Shown here: positions 1 to 13,800 of the stretch, piece after piece
Numbering within the stretch: position 1 is the first letter of the stretch
Layout of the letters: each line of letters begins with the position of its first letter
Source: Ancylonema sp.
Taxonomy: Eukaryota
Length of the DNA: 64,000 nt
Direction of reading: 5' to 3'
Assembly (NCBI GenBank): GCA_050230475.1
Contig: JBFLGF010000040.1
Location: forward strand, 1-64,000
Notes under the pieces: model-generated
Database searches by the model: none
The model's input: only the letters and a program-made list of their open reading frames with translations
Told to the model about the DNA's origin: nothing
Position numbers and translations under genes: made by a program

Positions 1-980
1 GTCTGCCAGACTTCCAGTACCCAACGCCAATAATTATCTTGGGCTGGATATTTGGTATTTTAACACGTAGTAAAGCCAGTAGCATGAATGGTAGTCTTGA
101 GAAGCTTGTTAAGAAGTTTGGAAATATTTTGAGAGGATAGGGGAAAAGCTGCAACGCAGAGGTCCAGCAGGGTATTCAGTCAGGATCAGAATAGTATGTT
201 GCCAACAGCTTAGGAGAAATAATGCCTGCTGAGCCTGACTAAGTCGATTTGTGATTAGAAAAGTGTTCTAGATAGCCAAAAAAGGTAGTTACAGTTAAAG
301 TTGTAATTCTATTTATTTGAATAATTCATCTGGACTTAGTGTTGTTTTTACTGGACCAGGGTCTCTGGGCAGACAGTTTTGCTGCCAGAAAGTTACTTTG
401 GATAGGGCCCCAATAAACTGGGGGTGCTACTTCTGAGTGGAGTTTTCGGATACACTGCCTATTCTGGCAGGGGTTGATTTATGTGATGGATATTGGAGGA
501 CTACATCTGTTTTCAAAGCTGAGTCCTTTCCAACTCTCAACCTCTAAAGTGTTTTAAGTTTAGAAAAATGTGAAAAAGTTGAAGTCTGAAAATTGAACTT
601 TTGCATATGAACTTGTTTGAAGCTGAATTTTGGCATAAATGTTTCTATTGCCTTTTCGAGTGTTGTGTCAAATTCTGAGATTGTTTTTGTTATGTTTTCA
701 AGAAGTTATGCAAGTTTGAATTTTCTGACTCAAAACTGGAAAGTGAAAAATGAACTTTTATGTTTTTGTTTGTCGACTAACGTGTTGTTTTTGTTTGTAT
801 TTTCAGGGCTTCGGCTTGAAGAGGAGCGGGAGCGCTTCAAGTTCAAGCGTGGATGATTTGGTATGACGTAGATAGGAGCCCCTAGCTTGTTATTTGACTT
901 TAGGGAAGACCAACTACCCGGCTACATTGTAGGGTAGTCCTCCTTTGCACTAGACAATGCCAAACAAGTCTGTGCATCCG

Positions 981-1442
981 AGGGGGTGTGTTAGGAATTG
1001 AGTTCGGATAGTCACATTAATAACTTGTTTGCCTTGTCCAACTAATTGCCTTAGAGTCTTTTAGGACACGGAGCCGGGAATGCTATACCCGGGTATCCGT
1101 CCGCGTATGGCGCGTCCGCACTTGTACGGGCGTGACGTTTCTAGTAGTCGTTCGTTGTAGGATGCTAGGCGGTGTCGCCACGCCAGTGGCTTGTCGTGAC
1201 AGTCGAGCATGTTGCCGTAAACACACGTGCAGCGGTGAATAGTTCCGATCGTCGGTAGGAAAAGTGACCAGTAATCATTGTACCGTTGTCGGCTCGTCGG
1301 GTACATTAGCCCGACGAGAATGCTTTCTTACACGTTCATAATTAACATTTCACAATCATACCGAATGTTGTTGCTTTATCGTACAGTTATTTTGTCTTGT
1401 ATTGTAAAGCATTGAACTTGTGCGCTACCGTGTTAAGTGACA
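981..1442 (+). repeat. Possible LTR-like repeat preceded by a polypurine tract
   Basis: AGGGGGG (981-987) is followed directly by TGT..., and the segment can be closed at ...GACA (1442). No second copy or PBS was seen. Confidence 0.3.
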
Positions 1443-1459
1443 TATCGTTTTAGGTAGCA

Positions 1460-2632
1460 GACGTGCTGGGGAAGACCTATTGGTGGAGAGGCATGGTGGA
1501 GATGGTGGCGAAAGTGGTGAAGGAGTGTATGAGTTGCGCTCGGGGCAAGGTTGCTTTCAGAGAGTCTGGGAAGAACCTTAGTCGCTTCCCATCGAGGGAC
1601 CTATGTATAGGTGGGGGGTTGACTTTGCGGGGCCAATGGAGGAGACGGAGAGGAGAAACAGATATGTGCTGGTGTGCATAGAGCATTTCACCAAGTGGGT
1701 GGAGCTCATCCCAACAACCTCTAAGAGGGCCGCAGAGGTGGCATTCTAGTTCAAGTCCCACATCTTGTCCATGTATGGCGCCCCAGGGGAGGTGATCACG
1801 AATCAGGGTAGTGAGTTTCGAAGAGAGATTGAGACCCTCCTGGCCCGCCATGAGATCACTCACAGAACTGCAGCCAGGGACCACCTGCAGTCAGATGGGC
1901 TGGCGGAGAGGATGGTGCAAACAATGAAAAAAGAACTCAGGAAGTGCTTGCTTGAGGGAGGTGGGGAGCCGTGGGATGAACTGCTGCCTTACGTAGCTAT
2001 GGGCTTCAGGTTGTCCAAGCAAAAGTTGCTAGGCTACTCGCCATACTTCATGCTTTTTGGAAGGGAGCCAATTTTTCAGGCTCGGATCCAGGACGAGGAG
2101 GAGAGAGTCTTTGATGAGACTCAAGGGGTGGAGGCCATGAAGGTGTTCTTAGATAGGAGGGGTCAGATTTAGGAGGTTATGCCGCTGGCGTTCAGGAACC
2201 TAGCGATTGCCCAGCAGAGGATGTGGAGAGATACAAGCTAGTCCGTGGAGGAGGGTGGGATAGGCCAAAGGCAAAGTTTAAGGTTGGAGACTTCGTGCTG
2301 CTGAAGCGGCCAACGGCTAGCTCTTTGGAGGTCGACACGAGGCCACATATCTTGAGGACTCAGGGATCGCGGTTCTTGGGGGTAGAGATGGGACGACAAT
2401 GCAGGAGCAAGTGAAGCATATTGCCCACTGCACTGTGCCAGTGGGAGACAAGAGGGTCTACCCAGAGCTGTATGATCGCGGGGAGACAACACATTTCCGG
2501 GTTTGTGGATTGCGGTCCTACCCGAAGCGGATGGTGCTGTGCGACAAGTGTAACCAGGGGTATCACACGTGGTGTTTGACACCACCTCTGGTAGGAGTGC
2601 CGGAGGGAAGCTGGACTTGTCCTCGACACTAG
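1460..2632 (+). mobile_element. Decayed Ty3/Gypsy integrase with C-terminal PHD finger
   Basis: Frameshifted pieces: YWWRGM..CMSC (zinc-binding part), WGVDFAGP, IEHFTKWVELIP, TNQGSEF, DGLAERMV, GYSPYFMLFGR, then LCDKCNQGYHTWCLTPPL..GSWTCPRH (PHD). Clearly homologous to the 55.0-56.3 kb integrase. Confidence 0.9.
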
Positions 2633-2808
2633 GTGGAGCTACTTACTCAGAGTGAAGTAGTCACAAAAGACTCTACATCGGAACCATGCAATGTAACAGC
2701 GGAACCATTGCATGAAAGAGCATTGAACCCCACATCGGAACATGCAATGAAACATCGGACATATTGCATGAGAGGGATATGGTGATAATGGTGTTCCATA
2801 TCACAAAT

Positions 2809-3005
2809 ATGCAATGGATTGGCTGATGCCTTTTCCGGAGGTATCTAAGACCTCCATGAGAGGCATGAAGACCTCCATGAGGGGCAAGTGCAATGGATTG
2901 GCATGTGCCAATGCCGGAGGCATTGAAGACTTCCATAAGGGGCAGTTATGCAATGGATTGGCGGATGCCTTTGCCGGAGGCATTCAAGACCTCCATGAGG
3001 GGCAA
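2809..3005. repeat. Three degenerate tandem copies of a ~60-bp unit
   Basis: The unit TGCAATGGATTGGC...CCGGAGG...AAGAC(C/T)TCCAT(G/A)AG recurs at ~2810, ~2889 and ~2949. Confidence 0.8.
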
Positions 3006-3416
3006 TAATCAACTTTCTGCAGGGAGTGTGATTGGTCAACTTCTATGAAAAGTGTGACACTAACCTAACCTCAATTCACTAAGTCAATAAAAACATTGAG
3101 AAAGTGAGAGGAGGTTGGCGCATGAGGCGTTGGCGCATGTGGCGCGGAGGCTCAATCAAGTTTGAGGCCTAAGGACCAAAGGTGGATCTTTTGGTGGTAA
3201 CACACTAAACTTGCGGGAACTTGTTTGTTTGACCAACTCCTCTCTGGATAAGTGTGAGTGTGGGGTGAGGGGCTAGCTACCCCAAACCCACCAATATCTT
3301 GGAGGAGTAGGTAACCATTGTGCAAACTGTGTTTGGCAATGATGGGAAGTGCAGAACAAACAAAATTTTCTCGGTGATTTGCCGAGCCGGGGTCGCGGGA
3401 GCTTTTCCCCGTCTGC

Positions 3417-4769
3417 GGGGGGGGAGTGAGCATTAATTTGAAGCTCGTTGAGATCGCGCTAGTTGCGGCACCGCATGCCGTCTAGGCGCGGTGATGGGGA
3501 GCGGTGCTCGGTAACTGCATGCCGTCTAGGCGCGGTTATGCGAGTACGGAGTGTGCCTAGGGAGATGGTCTTGCTATGTATGTGATAGCTTGTACGGTCG
3601 AGTGGACCTTGTTATAGTGTCACGATGTGTACGGTGTGCCTATACGATGTAGTGCTTGCACCTGTAGCCGTACACGATCGATATAGGTACAGCTGTCATA
3701 CTTATTCTAGTCGCACGTGCGGCACGTGTGTGCCGTACGGTCCCGGCCGGGTATTGACCCGGGTACGGTTGACGCCGCTAGCATGCAGTTTGCAGTAGGG
3801 CGGTAGGCGACTGGGGGCTGGGTTATTTATTTGTTCGCGATATAGCGGCAGCGGACGGAAGCCCGCAGGGGCCCGTCGAAATATTAATTGTTCGATAGAG
3901 CGATCGATATTCGATTGCTGTAGCGGGGATACGGCGGAAGTAGTTTGGCAGAAGTATGGAATTTAGGATTGACTTCCGCGCCCGTATTATTTGTGTTCGA
4001 CATAGCGGCCGTCAAGCCACAAACGTCACAACGGCTAGAGACGTCCCAACGAAACGTGGTCGTGCCCGACTCCCGGGTTGAGGGGCCATGTAGTGACATG
4101 CTGACAGTAATGTGATTGGCCGATTGTGATCGTATTCGATTGCGGCTTCGATTGAGTAGGATATGCTTGGAGTGAATGCGTTCGATCGGACGCATGCGTA
4201 CGGCGTAGATTACATTCTAGCGTACGGATAATACAAGTGAGTCGGAAGTGCCTTGTTGGACTTTCGGACTATGTATTATGATGCTTGAGCACTCTCGCTG
4301 CATTACGCTAGAGTGCATACCAACTAAGCTTTGGCAAGAGCGTTGACGTGTCGTTTTTTGATTGCGTTGAGCTTTGGCTACGGCGATGTTAAAGGCTGAT
4401 ATCGTTGAGCGAATGCCATACATCGTAGCGGTGATCATTTGTTGTGTAAGATAGTGCATTCGACGCGCGTCTAGAGACAGAGCTTGATATCTTGCCCAGT
4501 ACGTTAGTGAGCATTAATTTGAAGCGCGTTGTGATCGCGCGAGTTGCGGCACCGCATGCCGTCTAGGTGCGGTGATGGGGAGCGGTGCTCGGTAACTACA
4601 TGCCGTCTAGGCGCGGTTATGCGAGTACGGTGTGTGCCTAGGGAGATGGCCTTGCTATGTGATATCTTGTACGGTCGGGTGGACCTTGTTATAGTCACGA
4701 TGTGTACGGTGTGCCTATACGATATAGTGCTTGCCCGTGTAGCCGTACACGATCGATATAGGTACGACA
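3417..4769 (+). mobile_element. 3' end of split-direct-repeat retroelement: PPT-B1-A-B2
   Basis: PPT GGGGGGGGAG at 3417-3426. A ~265-bp direct repeat lies at 3427-3691 and 4508-4769, both copies starting TGAGCATTAATTTG. The B1/A junction reads GGTACA-GC-TGTCA. Confidence 0.75.
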
Positions 4770-5165
4770 ACATATCGACGGTGCAAAATAACCTTCCGGG
4801 CCGATATACGGCATCCAACGCGTCACACATGAAGTTGCTTAGATTGTGTAGATACTTGCGGGAATATACGTGTCCTATTGGCTGCGGGAGTTGCGTAACT
4901 TAAATTTTGGCGTACGGACAGCGTCTTTTTTCGAATGGTCGCTCTACTGTGATTGGCTGACAAATCCCCACGGGAAATCCTCATATTGATTTTCCTGAGA
5001 ATTCATGCTCCAAATCCTTAGGAAAATCCCTTCGACGATTTCCGAATTGGATTCTCAAATCACTTTGGTTCCGATAAGCAGCGATTTGACGATTTATTTT
5101 CATGTTGGTTGGGGATTCGATTAATTTAGTGGGTCTCCCCAACCAAAGTCGACGAATCCTCAGTC

Positions 5166-5814
5166 CCATAAGCTATGCTCTAAGTCCTTAATGCATCAAC
5201 TATGGTCGGACAACTCGGGCCGGACTACTATTTGCGCCACGAACCGGGTCGAATCTGGTCGAATTTCCCGTACTATAGTCGGGAGTAGACAACTTTCGAG
5301 GGACTACGAGTTGTCCTTTTTAAAGCGCCATGACAACTTCTAGGCAATGTTGTCCGCGAGGACTACTCAGTTGTCCTCGAACGAACGAACGAATCACAGG
5401 CGCTGAGATGACGCGGCCCAAATCTCATCGAAAAAATTAAACGACCGCGATGAACATCCTAATGACGATTCGAAAAAGTGAAATATTGACGAACGGATGT
5501 TAGTAAATTCTGAGCGACAAATCCCGTCGTACGTTGCGCTCTAATTTCACGACCTCAAACGAGCCTCATCTACATTTTCCCAAGCGGATCTAAGGATTGA
5601 CGGCCACGATGCTCCGCCTGACGCGAAATTGCTGAGGTGGCACTAGTCCGCGATCTAGTCCGTGACCATAGTGCGGCGACAAAATTTGGCGAGCCAATGC
5701 CCCGATGACAGCTAGTCCGCAAGGACAACTCGGGCGGTTAACTTGGACTACTCGTCGAGTTTTCCTTCCAAATTACTCCGACCATAGTTGATGCTCTTAC
5801 AGCATATCTTATGG
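5166..5814. mobile_element. MITE-like element with nested terminal inverted repeats
   Basis: Perfect 18-bp IR GCATCAACTATGGTCGGA (5193-5210 / 5777-5794), plus an outer 19-bp IR with 2 mismatches (5166-5184 / 5796-5814). Related terminal sequence recurs at ~32488-32538. Confidence 0.65.
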
Positions 5815-6984
5815 CAGACTAACTAGGCCTGACTAAGAATGTACTTTCGGGGTCAAAACGACCCCAAAGCGGCCGAATTCTAACTCGTATCTCGCATGTT
5901 AGATTTAAAAAAATATTATGGCCGTCTTACTTAAAATATTCTAATGTCCAGTCAGTAACCGATCAATCGGATGCCACATAAGCGAAACTTTGAACCCCGG
6001 GTGGTTGCCTCCTCCTCCACCTGCTCCTCGCGTCACCTAGCGTTCGTTCCTCTCATAACCGGCCATGAGTCTGCGATTTATCCGCCCTCCACCGATTCGA
6101 AACCAAATTTAAATCGGAGATATTCATATGAAGCATAAATATCTTAGCTTTGATAAAATGTCTTTAAATAAATTTTCTCTCCCTCAAAAATTTCACAGTG
6201 TGAAAAATAGTAACATGACCCCACAAAGCGCGCGACTAGCGAAAGACTACGAAAAACCACACTTTTCCCCCTGCTTTTTTTACAAAGGATAAGTGCTTGC
6301 TAGGGCTATCGATGTCATTATAAAGTGAAACGTGTTTTAAATATCGCTGAGTAGATTAAGAACGTCTCAAAATCAAACTGAAATAATTTCACCCGATTTC
6401 AGGTAACACCCAAAATTTGACGTGTAAATTGATAATCTGTGTAAACTAGTAAGTTTTTCGGTCCCGGCATCATTACTATTGACAAATTTAACTATAGCGA
6501 GTGGATATGAGAACATACACTAACCGCAAGCAAAACACTTCCTTTGAGAACAAATTTTACGAACCCGATCTCATGACTCCAAAATGATAACTTTTACTTT
6601 CCCTCATTATAGTGGCATTTGCCCAATGTCGCCCTATCAAATGTCCCTATATAGTATAAAGTGGCATTCGATATAGTGACACCGTATCCCACTGTCTATA
6701 AAATTGTCCCTATATCAAGGGATAAATGAATAACGGAATGGCAAACATTCCGAGGTCAATACTCGACGGCTCCTAATGGAATCGAGCAATGTAGCAGTGT
6801 AGATCAATCTATCGCCCTTGGAAGAATATCACCGAAAATGTCTCTTTAACGGATTTATTCTCTGAATTCTGCAACTTCTGGCTGACGCCAGTTCTTGCCA
6901 TCATCTCCGTATCTTGTCTACGATTACTCGTGAGACTACCGTCGACGAATTTGGTAAGTTGACCGAAGTGACCTTCGCAACTTC

Positions 6985-7670
6985 CTGTCATTACTTGTGT
7001 ATTACGCTGACGCTCTTACTGAGCCACTCTGTAAACTTGATTATTTGCCATCACATCTTAGTACTGACGCTCTTACCGAGCCAGTCCTAACCGTCCACCA
7101 CGTTGCTGACGCTCTTACTGAGCCAGATTTACTTTGTCGATTTACATCGATCTGTTACCGCTCGCACCGAGCCAATACGATAACGACGCGCAGCCACTTG
7201 TTGACGTTCTAACTGAACCAACAAACCACATCCATCAATCAACATCTGTCAACGCTCCGTTTGACAGCCGAACTTTCCAGTCGAAAGTTTACCTTTCGGC
7301 TGTCGACCTTAATATTATGCACCAGAGTATTTTGTTTACCATCAATGATCCTTTCCACCAGACTTTCTATTGTTGATAGTAATTGTCGACTCGCCGGCGT
7401 CAAGTAGTGTTCCACACATTCACGCACGAGAAAGTGTGATAGAATTAGCGTAACACCTAGTTCTCAGCAGAGACTCAAATCTGCAACCCAACTTAGTGAG
7501 AGCAGCTGAGACACCTCGAACACTACATGAACATTCAGAAGCATTTGCTGAAGCCGAACAATCGACTTCAGAAGTCCGAACCTACAACACTTCATCTATC
7601 CAATACTCTACAACGATCAACTACATCGACGACACCTTTTCATGAGCAACCGACTCCAAACCGCACGTCA
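6985..7670 (+). mobile_element. Split-direct-repeat element fragment (3' part of A plus terminal B2)
   Basis: GCTGACGCTCTTACTGAGCCA subrepeats match the reverse complement of the 34.9-35.2 kb repeats. ...ACTTAG|TGAGAGCAG at 7497 and the end CCAAACCGCACGTCA at 7670 match the 34.5-36.1 kb element. Confidence 0.8.
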
Positions 7671-7699
7671 CCTCTGCCTCCACGACCACCTCAACTGTT

Positions 7700-9150
7700 C
7701 GCGGGGATGTCAACGACAAAGTATGGCATGCTTCAAAAGTTGTCCCATGGGCGGCTCCTAGAATTAGCTTGGTGTGGGCACAAATGGGAGTTGACGAGCT
7801 GGACGATAACAAGGAGAAAGGCGAAAGAGATGCTGAAGCTTTGGTAGCAGCAAATTATCCAAAGTGGGATGCACGTAAGAAATTTTCAAATCGAGGGAGA
7901 GGTGGTGGTGGTGGTGACAGTCGTGGAGGCAAAGGTGGTGGCAGAGGAGATTACAGTAGAAATCTAGAGGCAGAAATGATTGAGGTAGTGGAAGAGGTAG
8001 AGGAGCAAGTGGCGGTCATTCTTGCTATACATGTGGCAAAACTTGTCATTTCAATAGAGACTGTAAAAGAAGAGATGGTAGCTGTGAGTATTGTGGAGCC
8101 ATCGGTCACATCGAATTCACGTGTTTCGACAAAAAGAATGTGACTCCTCGAATGCAGCGATAAGGCCTGCAGATTGGAAGAAATTTTGCGCATGTGAGCG
8201 AAATCGATGAGAGTGGAGACAGTGGACATGGTGAAATGGTAGTCGGAGAGATCCGTGAGGGCCTTGTTGGTGAAGGTGATGAGGAGAGGGGTTTTTTGTG
8301 GGACGATGGATCCAGTCACCATTCTAGTGGACAAAAAGCTCATTTCAAGACTCTCGTCGTTATTCCTCAAAAAATTGTGATGCATCATCTTGTTGGCAAC
8401 GTGCGCATCAAGTAGTGGGGTATTGTTGAGCTTGAGACTGAAGGCGAATGCGGAGGCATTACGTTGAGAAATTTTCTATACATTCCAGGCATGAGAATCA
8501 ATTTGTTTAGTGGCCTAAAGGCGAGAGAGCAAGGGTGGGATTAATTTTTTCAAGGTCCAGCAGGTGGCATAATTCCAGTTTACATAAAATATGGAAAGCA
8601 AATCTGTACAATTCGAGAGTCGAAGACAAGTCGCCATACCTTGATCTGCACACGAGTCCGCCATGATCGACAAATCGAAGGGGAAGCAGTCTTTGCAGCT
8701 GTCGATGTCAGTATTCTGCATTCTCATCTTGGCCACGCAAATGATAGGGTCCTCAAAAATCTTGCAAAAGAAAATCTAGTACGTGGCTTGGAAGGTGGAA
8801 CTTCTGATGTGCTGCAAAACTGTAAGGGTTGCAAGCTAGGAAAAGAACATAATCGACCTCATCAGAGCAGAGAGCTTGGAGCAGGGGAAAAATTTTGCGA
8901 GGGTAGAATTTCGGTGGATTTGGAGGGACCTTTCCAACCGGCGTCGCTTGGTGGCGGGATCTGGAACATTAGGATTGTCGATGAGTGCAATCAAAAATAT
9001 TGGGTGGACATTCTGCGCTTGAAAAGTGACGACGCAGCTCCTCGACTAAAAGAATGGATCGCGATCTGGCAGGGACAAAGTGGAAAAGTGGTTAAAATTC
9101 TGAGATCTCACAAGGGAGGCGACTTTATCGATGGTGGCTTTCGACTCTAA
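7700..9150 (+). mobile_element. Decayed Ty1/Copia gag-protease-integrase remnant
   Basis: Two CCHC knuckles (CYTCGKTCHFNRDC at ~8023; CEYCGAIGHIEFTC at ~8083), protease-like WDDGSSHH, GAG-pre-integrase LHSHLGH..CKGCKLGK, and integrase core ISVDLEGPF..IVDE..KILRSHKGGDF. Protease-then-integrase order indicates copia. Contains frameshifts and stops. Confidence 0.85.
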
Positions 9151-10721
9151 ATGCGAGGGAAAGGAATAAATAATGAGCCTACTCCAATTCCGGACCGAGG
9201 CCCGTTTCTCTCGGCCGTAGTGTCGGTAGTGGCCTTTAGTTTTCAGTTCGGGGATTAAGTAGTTTCTTAGCTGACTGTTGATGCCGGAAAAAAAATACAT
9301 ATGGAAGTCATTATGACTTGCCCGTTGTGTGAAAACGCCAATAAATGTCCACCTTCAAATTTATCCAACATGTTCACTTTCCCCTGTGTACTGCTAGGCA
9401 CAATCAAATCCCCGAAAATAAGTCAGCCTTATTCCGGACCCGGATGGACTGAGGTTCGGAAGAGTATTTTGTCCAACTATGATCCAACTATGATTGGTCC
9501 GTGCAGCAATGATCTCCAATTCGTGACACTCATTCATCGACATGCTCAATTAAGCCAAAGATTGAGGAGGATTTGGAACCCCAAAAATCGCATGTGCTTT
9601 GGACGAGGCACACTTCCCCCATCATCTCGTGTGTGAACCCGTCGACTACTTTTTTTGTTCCATTTGCATTTTGTTGCGTTTCCATTTCCATACGGAACCA
9701 ATTCCATTAATAAGGGATGCAACGCGCTAGAGCATAAAAGTCCGCATAATAATCATTTCACTATTTATTTGTATACTTGGATGTACTTGGATGTATGAAT
9801 TGCGATGCATATGAATAAAAGCTTCAAAAGTTTCAAAGCTCATATTCGTATGCACAAAAAATCTTAATGACGAGTACCTTCAAGTTTACACTGGAATGGA
9901 GAAATGGTTATTATGCGTCATATCTATGGTCTAGGTTTCAAACAAAGAACTTACGAATTTGCGATGTGTGCATTCTTTTTTTCATTTTTTGTCGTGGGGC
10001 TGTAAGTTGTGACCATGCATGGGGGGGCGGAGGGTATCAAATCAAGCAAACCTTTGTTTTTTGGGGAAACCGTTTACGGGAGCGGGCAGGCATTCGGGTA
10101 CGCCATCCATGGCGAGTTCCAAGAAGACACCAAGATGAAGTGGACAGCTCGTCTATTGTGTGTTGTGTGTGGATGCCAAGTCTTGCGACGGCAATGCATT
10201 ATTTACAGTCATGATGTCCACGAACGAGAAGCAAAACATAGGTAACGATGAACATAGTTGCACGGACCAGCAAGATCCGTTTTCCGGACCGCGGTCGGAC
10301 TGGGTCCGGAGTCGGGACCCGGTTGGACCGGGGACCATTTAGTCTACCCTATTTCTGTCTGCCGTTTTTCCGCGGGAAAAAAGAACGTGGGGCTTTTTTT
10401 CTTTATCTTGTATCTCACACTTGTGATATACATGCATCATTTGTGGCTACACTTGTAAAAGTACTTGCAAAATCAAACAAAACAAACAAAATGAGTAGCG
10501 AGTTCACATCCAACTGTCCGTTGATTGTGATCAATTTGAATTGATGAAAATGGTTGAAACTTTCGCACATAAAAGAGGATGAGGAGGCCGGGGACTTGGG
10601 CTTGTAGGGAGGGAGGTAAATTGTGGGTATCAAGAGTCAAGAGTGAAAAGTGAGGAGTGGGTGGTAGAGAGTGAGTACTTGAGAGTGTGATATGGGGAGT
10701 GAGGAAATACTTTTGAAAGTG

Positions 10722-10863
10722 AGGAGTGGGGAATGGGGAGTGGGGAGTGGGGAGTGGGGAGTGGGGAGTGGGGAGTGGGGAGTGGGGAGTGGGGAGTGGG
10801 GAGTGGGGAGTAGGGAGTGAGAGGTGGGGAATGGGAAGTGGGAAGTGGGGAGTGGGGAGTGGG
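10722..10863. repeat. (GGGGAGT)n heptamer tandem repeat
   Basis: Directly visible run of GGGGAGT units with degenerate flanks. Confidence 0.95.
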
Positions 10864-13800
10864 TTATTTAGAGAGAGGTGAGTGGGAAGTGAGAAGAAGG
10901 AGAGAAGATGTAAAAAGGCGGGAGTGTGAAATGGGTGGAGTACAAAACAGGAAAAGGTTTTTGGGTGTAGAAGAGGAGGATTTTTACTTAGTCGCATTTC
11001 GATGTTTCGTTTTTGCCAGGCGGCTCGCAGACGCGCGCCGGCTCGGAGCCGGAGCGCGCGCGCGCCGTGATAATTGTGATGAGAATTTATCATCACAATT
11101 ATCACCAAAAAAAAAAAAAAAAAAAAAAAAGGATGTCGTGTTGGGTCCTCCATCGGGGACCAATAATAACTCGACTTGCGAGATTTGCGCACACAAAGAA
11201 TATGAATCTACAAAAATGCGAGGACACATCCCCGCATAGAGCAATCAAACGGAGACACTTGGTCAAATGAGAGCGTAGTAGTAAATTGAGATTTGTGTGG
11301 GTACAAGGGAACCACTTATCTTACGCTTTGCCTCTGTGGACGGTTGAGGGCTTCTATAATAAACGGGGACAACCGTCGTTCGTAACAAACTTTTAACTAC
11401 CCAAATGACACATGTCGTCTGCACAGAATGCGGACGTTTAATATTCTCTACCTATTGGTGCACACTAAATTGCACACTACGCAACAAACATGCATAGACA
11501 CTCGGTTGATATTGCAACCGGCTACAACCGCATGTAACAACATAAATCGACTAAACGACTCCACTCGAAACCACTCGACCTTAGCACAATTCTAGACGAC
11601 TCTAATGCATGACTCAAGATACCAAGTAACCGCCCGCGCAACAACTTATAGCAACGGATCAACTTCCGTGCACAATTCCAAACATCACATGCATCACACA
11701 TAGCGAACATGCCACTCGATACAACGGGTATGCCACTCAATAAAATCACAATTATTACTACAAGCCAACAAAGGGCTCTAAATGGATGCGTACTTAGGCA
11801 TTAAGTGTCTCACTACATGTCGTACCTATATCGATTGTTAGGGCTACTTTTGCATACGAGATAGAGGGCCCCCCTCTCTTCTGCGGTCGAAACCGACGTG
11901 GAGGACCTCCTCCCCTGGTCCCTCCAACCTCGGGGGGGAGGCGGGGCCACATCAGCACCTGAGGGTGGCAATACACACAGGTGACGAGGTGGGGAGTTGG
12001 GGACCCCCCCCCTCAGAACTGAGGTGTCTGGCCACTCATTAGCGCGGATCCGGGACGAGGGGGGGTGGGGAAGGACGCGGTAGAGGAGTTGTTGTAGGGG
12101 AGGCATGTCGCCTGTGGGTGAACCGGGTTGGGGGTGAGAAGGAGGGGCGGGCGGTGGTCCCGCCCCTCTGTAGGCAGGCGAGTGGTCAGCATGCATGCGT
12201 CCGTAGTGGTGGAGGTGGTGGTGGATCCGGTGAGGGATTCAGGGTTAGGGTTTAGGGGGTGGGGTTTAGGTTGTTGTGGTGGTAGATACCTAGTTCATTT
12301 GTTACCTCTTTTGGTGGATCTACCTTCAAACCCCGGATCCGAGATCCTCTGACATTGAAGAATGAAGAACCAAGCTTTGAGGACAGTGTTGCAAAGGCCT
12401 ATGATTGAAGGGTGGGTTTACCCCTTCAAGGGATAGTTGGCCCGGGAAGCGACGGGGACCCCTTGAGCTGGTCGGAACTTAACTCACAAGATGGCCCCAC
12501 CTCCTCGACTCTTCTACTCTCTGTGTGTGTGTGTTTGTGTTTCTTCTTCTCCTGTGAATCGTAGTGAGGCGCACATGAGGTTTAGTCAGAGTAGCCCCCC
12601 CACCTCCCCACCCTTTGCTATGCTTTTCCGACAAAAGTTTGGGAGTTACTGACATCATGGTGGATGTCACTTGGAGTCCTTGTGCAGGACATGCCAAGGT
12701 GAGGTGGGATAAGAGACATGGAAACGCCAGCGCATCCGTCTAGCCTCCCTCCTATGCACTTGTAGCTGCGACTCGAGCGGGACGTCTTTCGAGTTTCGTG
12801 CGGTGGACCCATCACGTGTGGACAGGGATGTCGCAGGGGGTCATTCTCACTGTGGCCTCAAAGGGTGTCAGCATCGCGGCGAGGTGGGATGGAGAGAAGT
12901 CGGTGTTCTTCTTCTTCGCTACCATTTTTTGTCAATCAAATCTCATTCTATCTGGTGCTCTCGTTTTGGGGGTATGCTAATATGATGAAAGCACCTTTTT
13001 TTTCTTGTTGGGTCGTTTAGTGGAGGGGGGGGGGGAGGCATAGAGCCAAGGAGGCAATGTCAATTCGCTGACATGTCATGCTCTGGTCGGTTCCCTTGTT
13101 TTCAGTGGGATGTGTTGGCCAATGGGGCTCGCGTGACGGAAGGTTGCAAACAAAAAGAGGTGGGGTACAATTGGAATGTGGAGGACGAAGTGGAACGGAA
13201 GATGTTGTACACGTGGCATGTTGGAGGTCAGCCATGTGTACGTAGGTTGCAAACTTATTAGGGTCGCACACAATTACTTCTTGTCACAACGTCACAACAC
13301 CCTGTATGCTGCGTGCCTCTATGAAAAGTGCATGTCTCCTCATTGGACATCACACTGTACTCTGGTTTCGGATGACTTTAAGCCTCTACTCTTTCCACCT
13401 ACTCCCCCTCCCCTTCCTCTTCTTATACCTCTTATGCCTCTGCGAAATGTGTGTAATCAATCCTCGCATTGTGCGGGCCCAACTAAAACCCCGCCATCAC
13501 CAAGCCCATGGTCTAGGTCTTTAATGAAATCGTGCCAGTTGCGCACTCCGGTGCTAAGAGAAAGAAAAAGAGATGAAACAAGAAGATAATGAAGAAAACA
13601 GATGGTCGGATGTTCATGAACCAAAAACCCCTAAGAATAAAAACAGCAGCAGACTCTAGACTTTTTGGACCAACAAGCAGGGCAATCCAGTCAAAAGAGG
13701 TTGACAATCTGCTTCTCTTCCTCTTTGGCTTTCAGAAAAGGCTCCTTTCCGAATTTTCTTCCGTACTAATGGCCATAAATGGAGTCCCGAGACTTGTGTC

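Noticed and set aside
2809..3005. CRISPR-like repeat-spacer array
   Set aside because: The whole ~60-bp unit is repeated with no unique spacers, no cas genes are present, and the context is eukaryotic.
10473..11239. 239-aa and 140-aa ORFs
   Set aside because: Artefacts of the GGGGAGT repeat and the poly-A/T tract.
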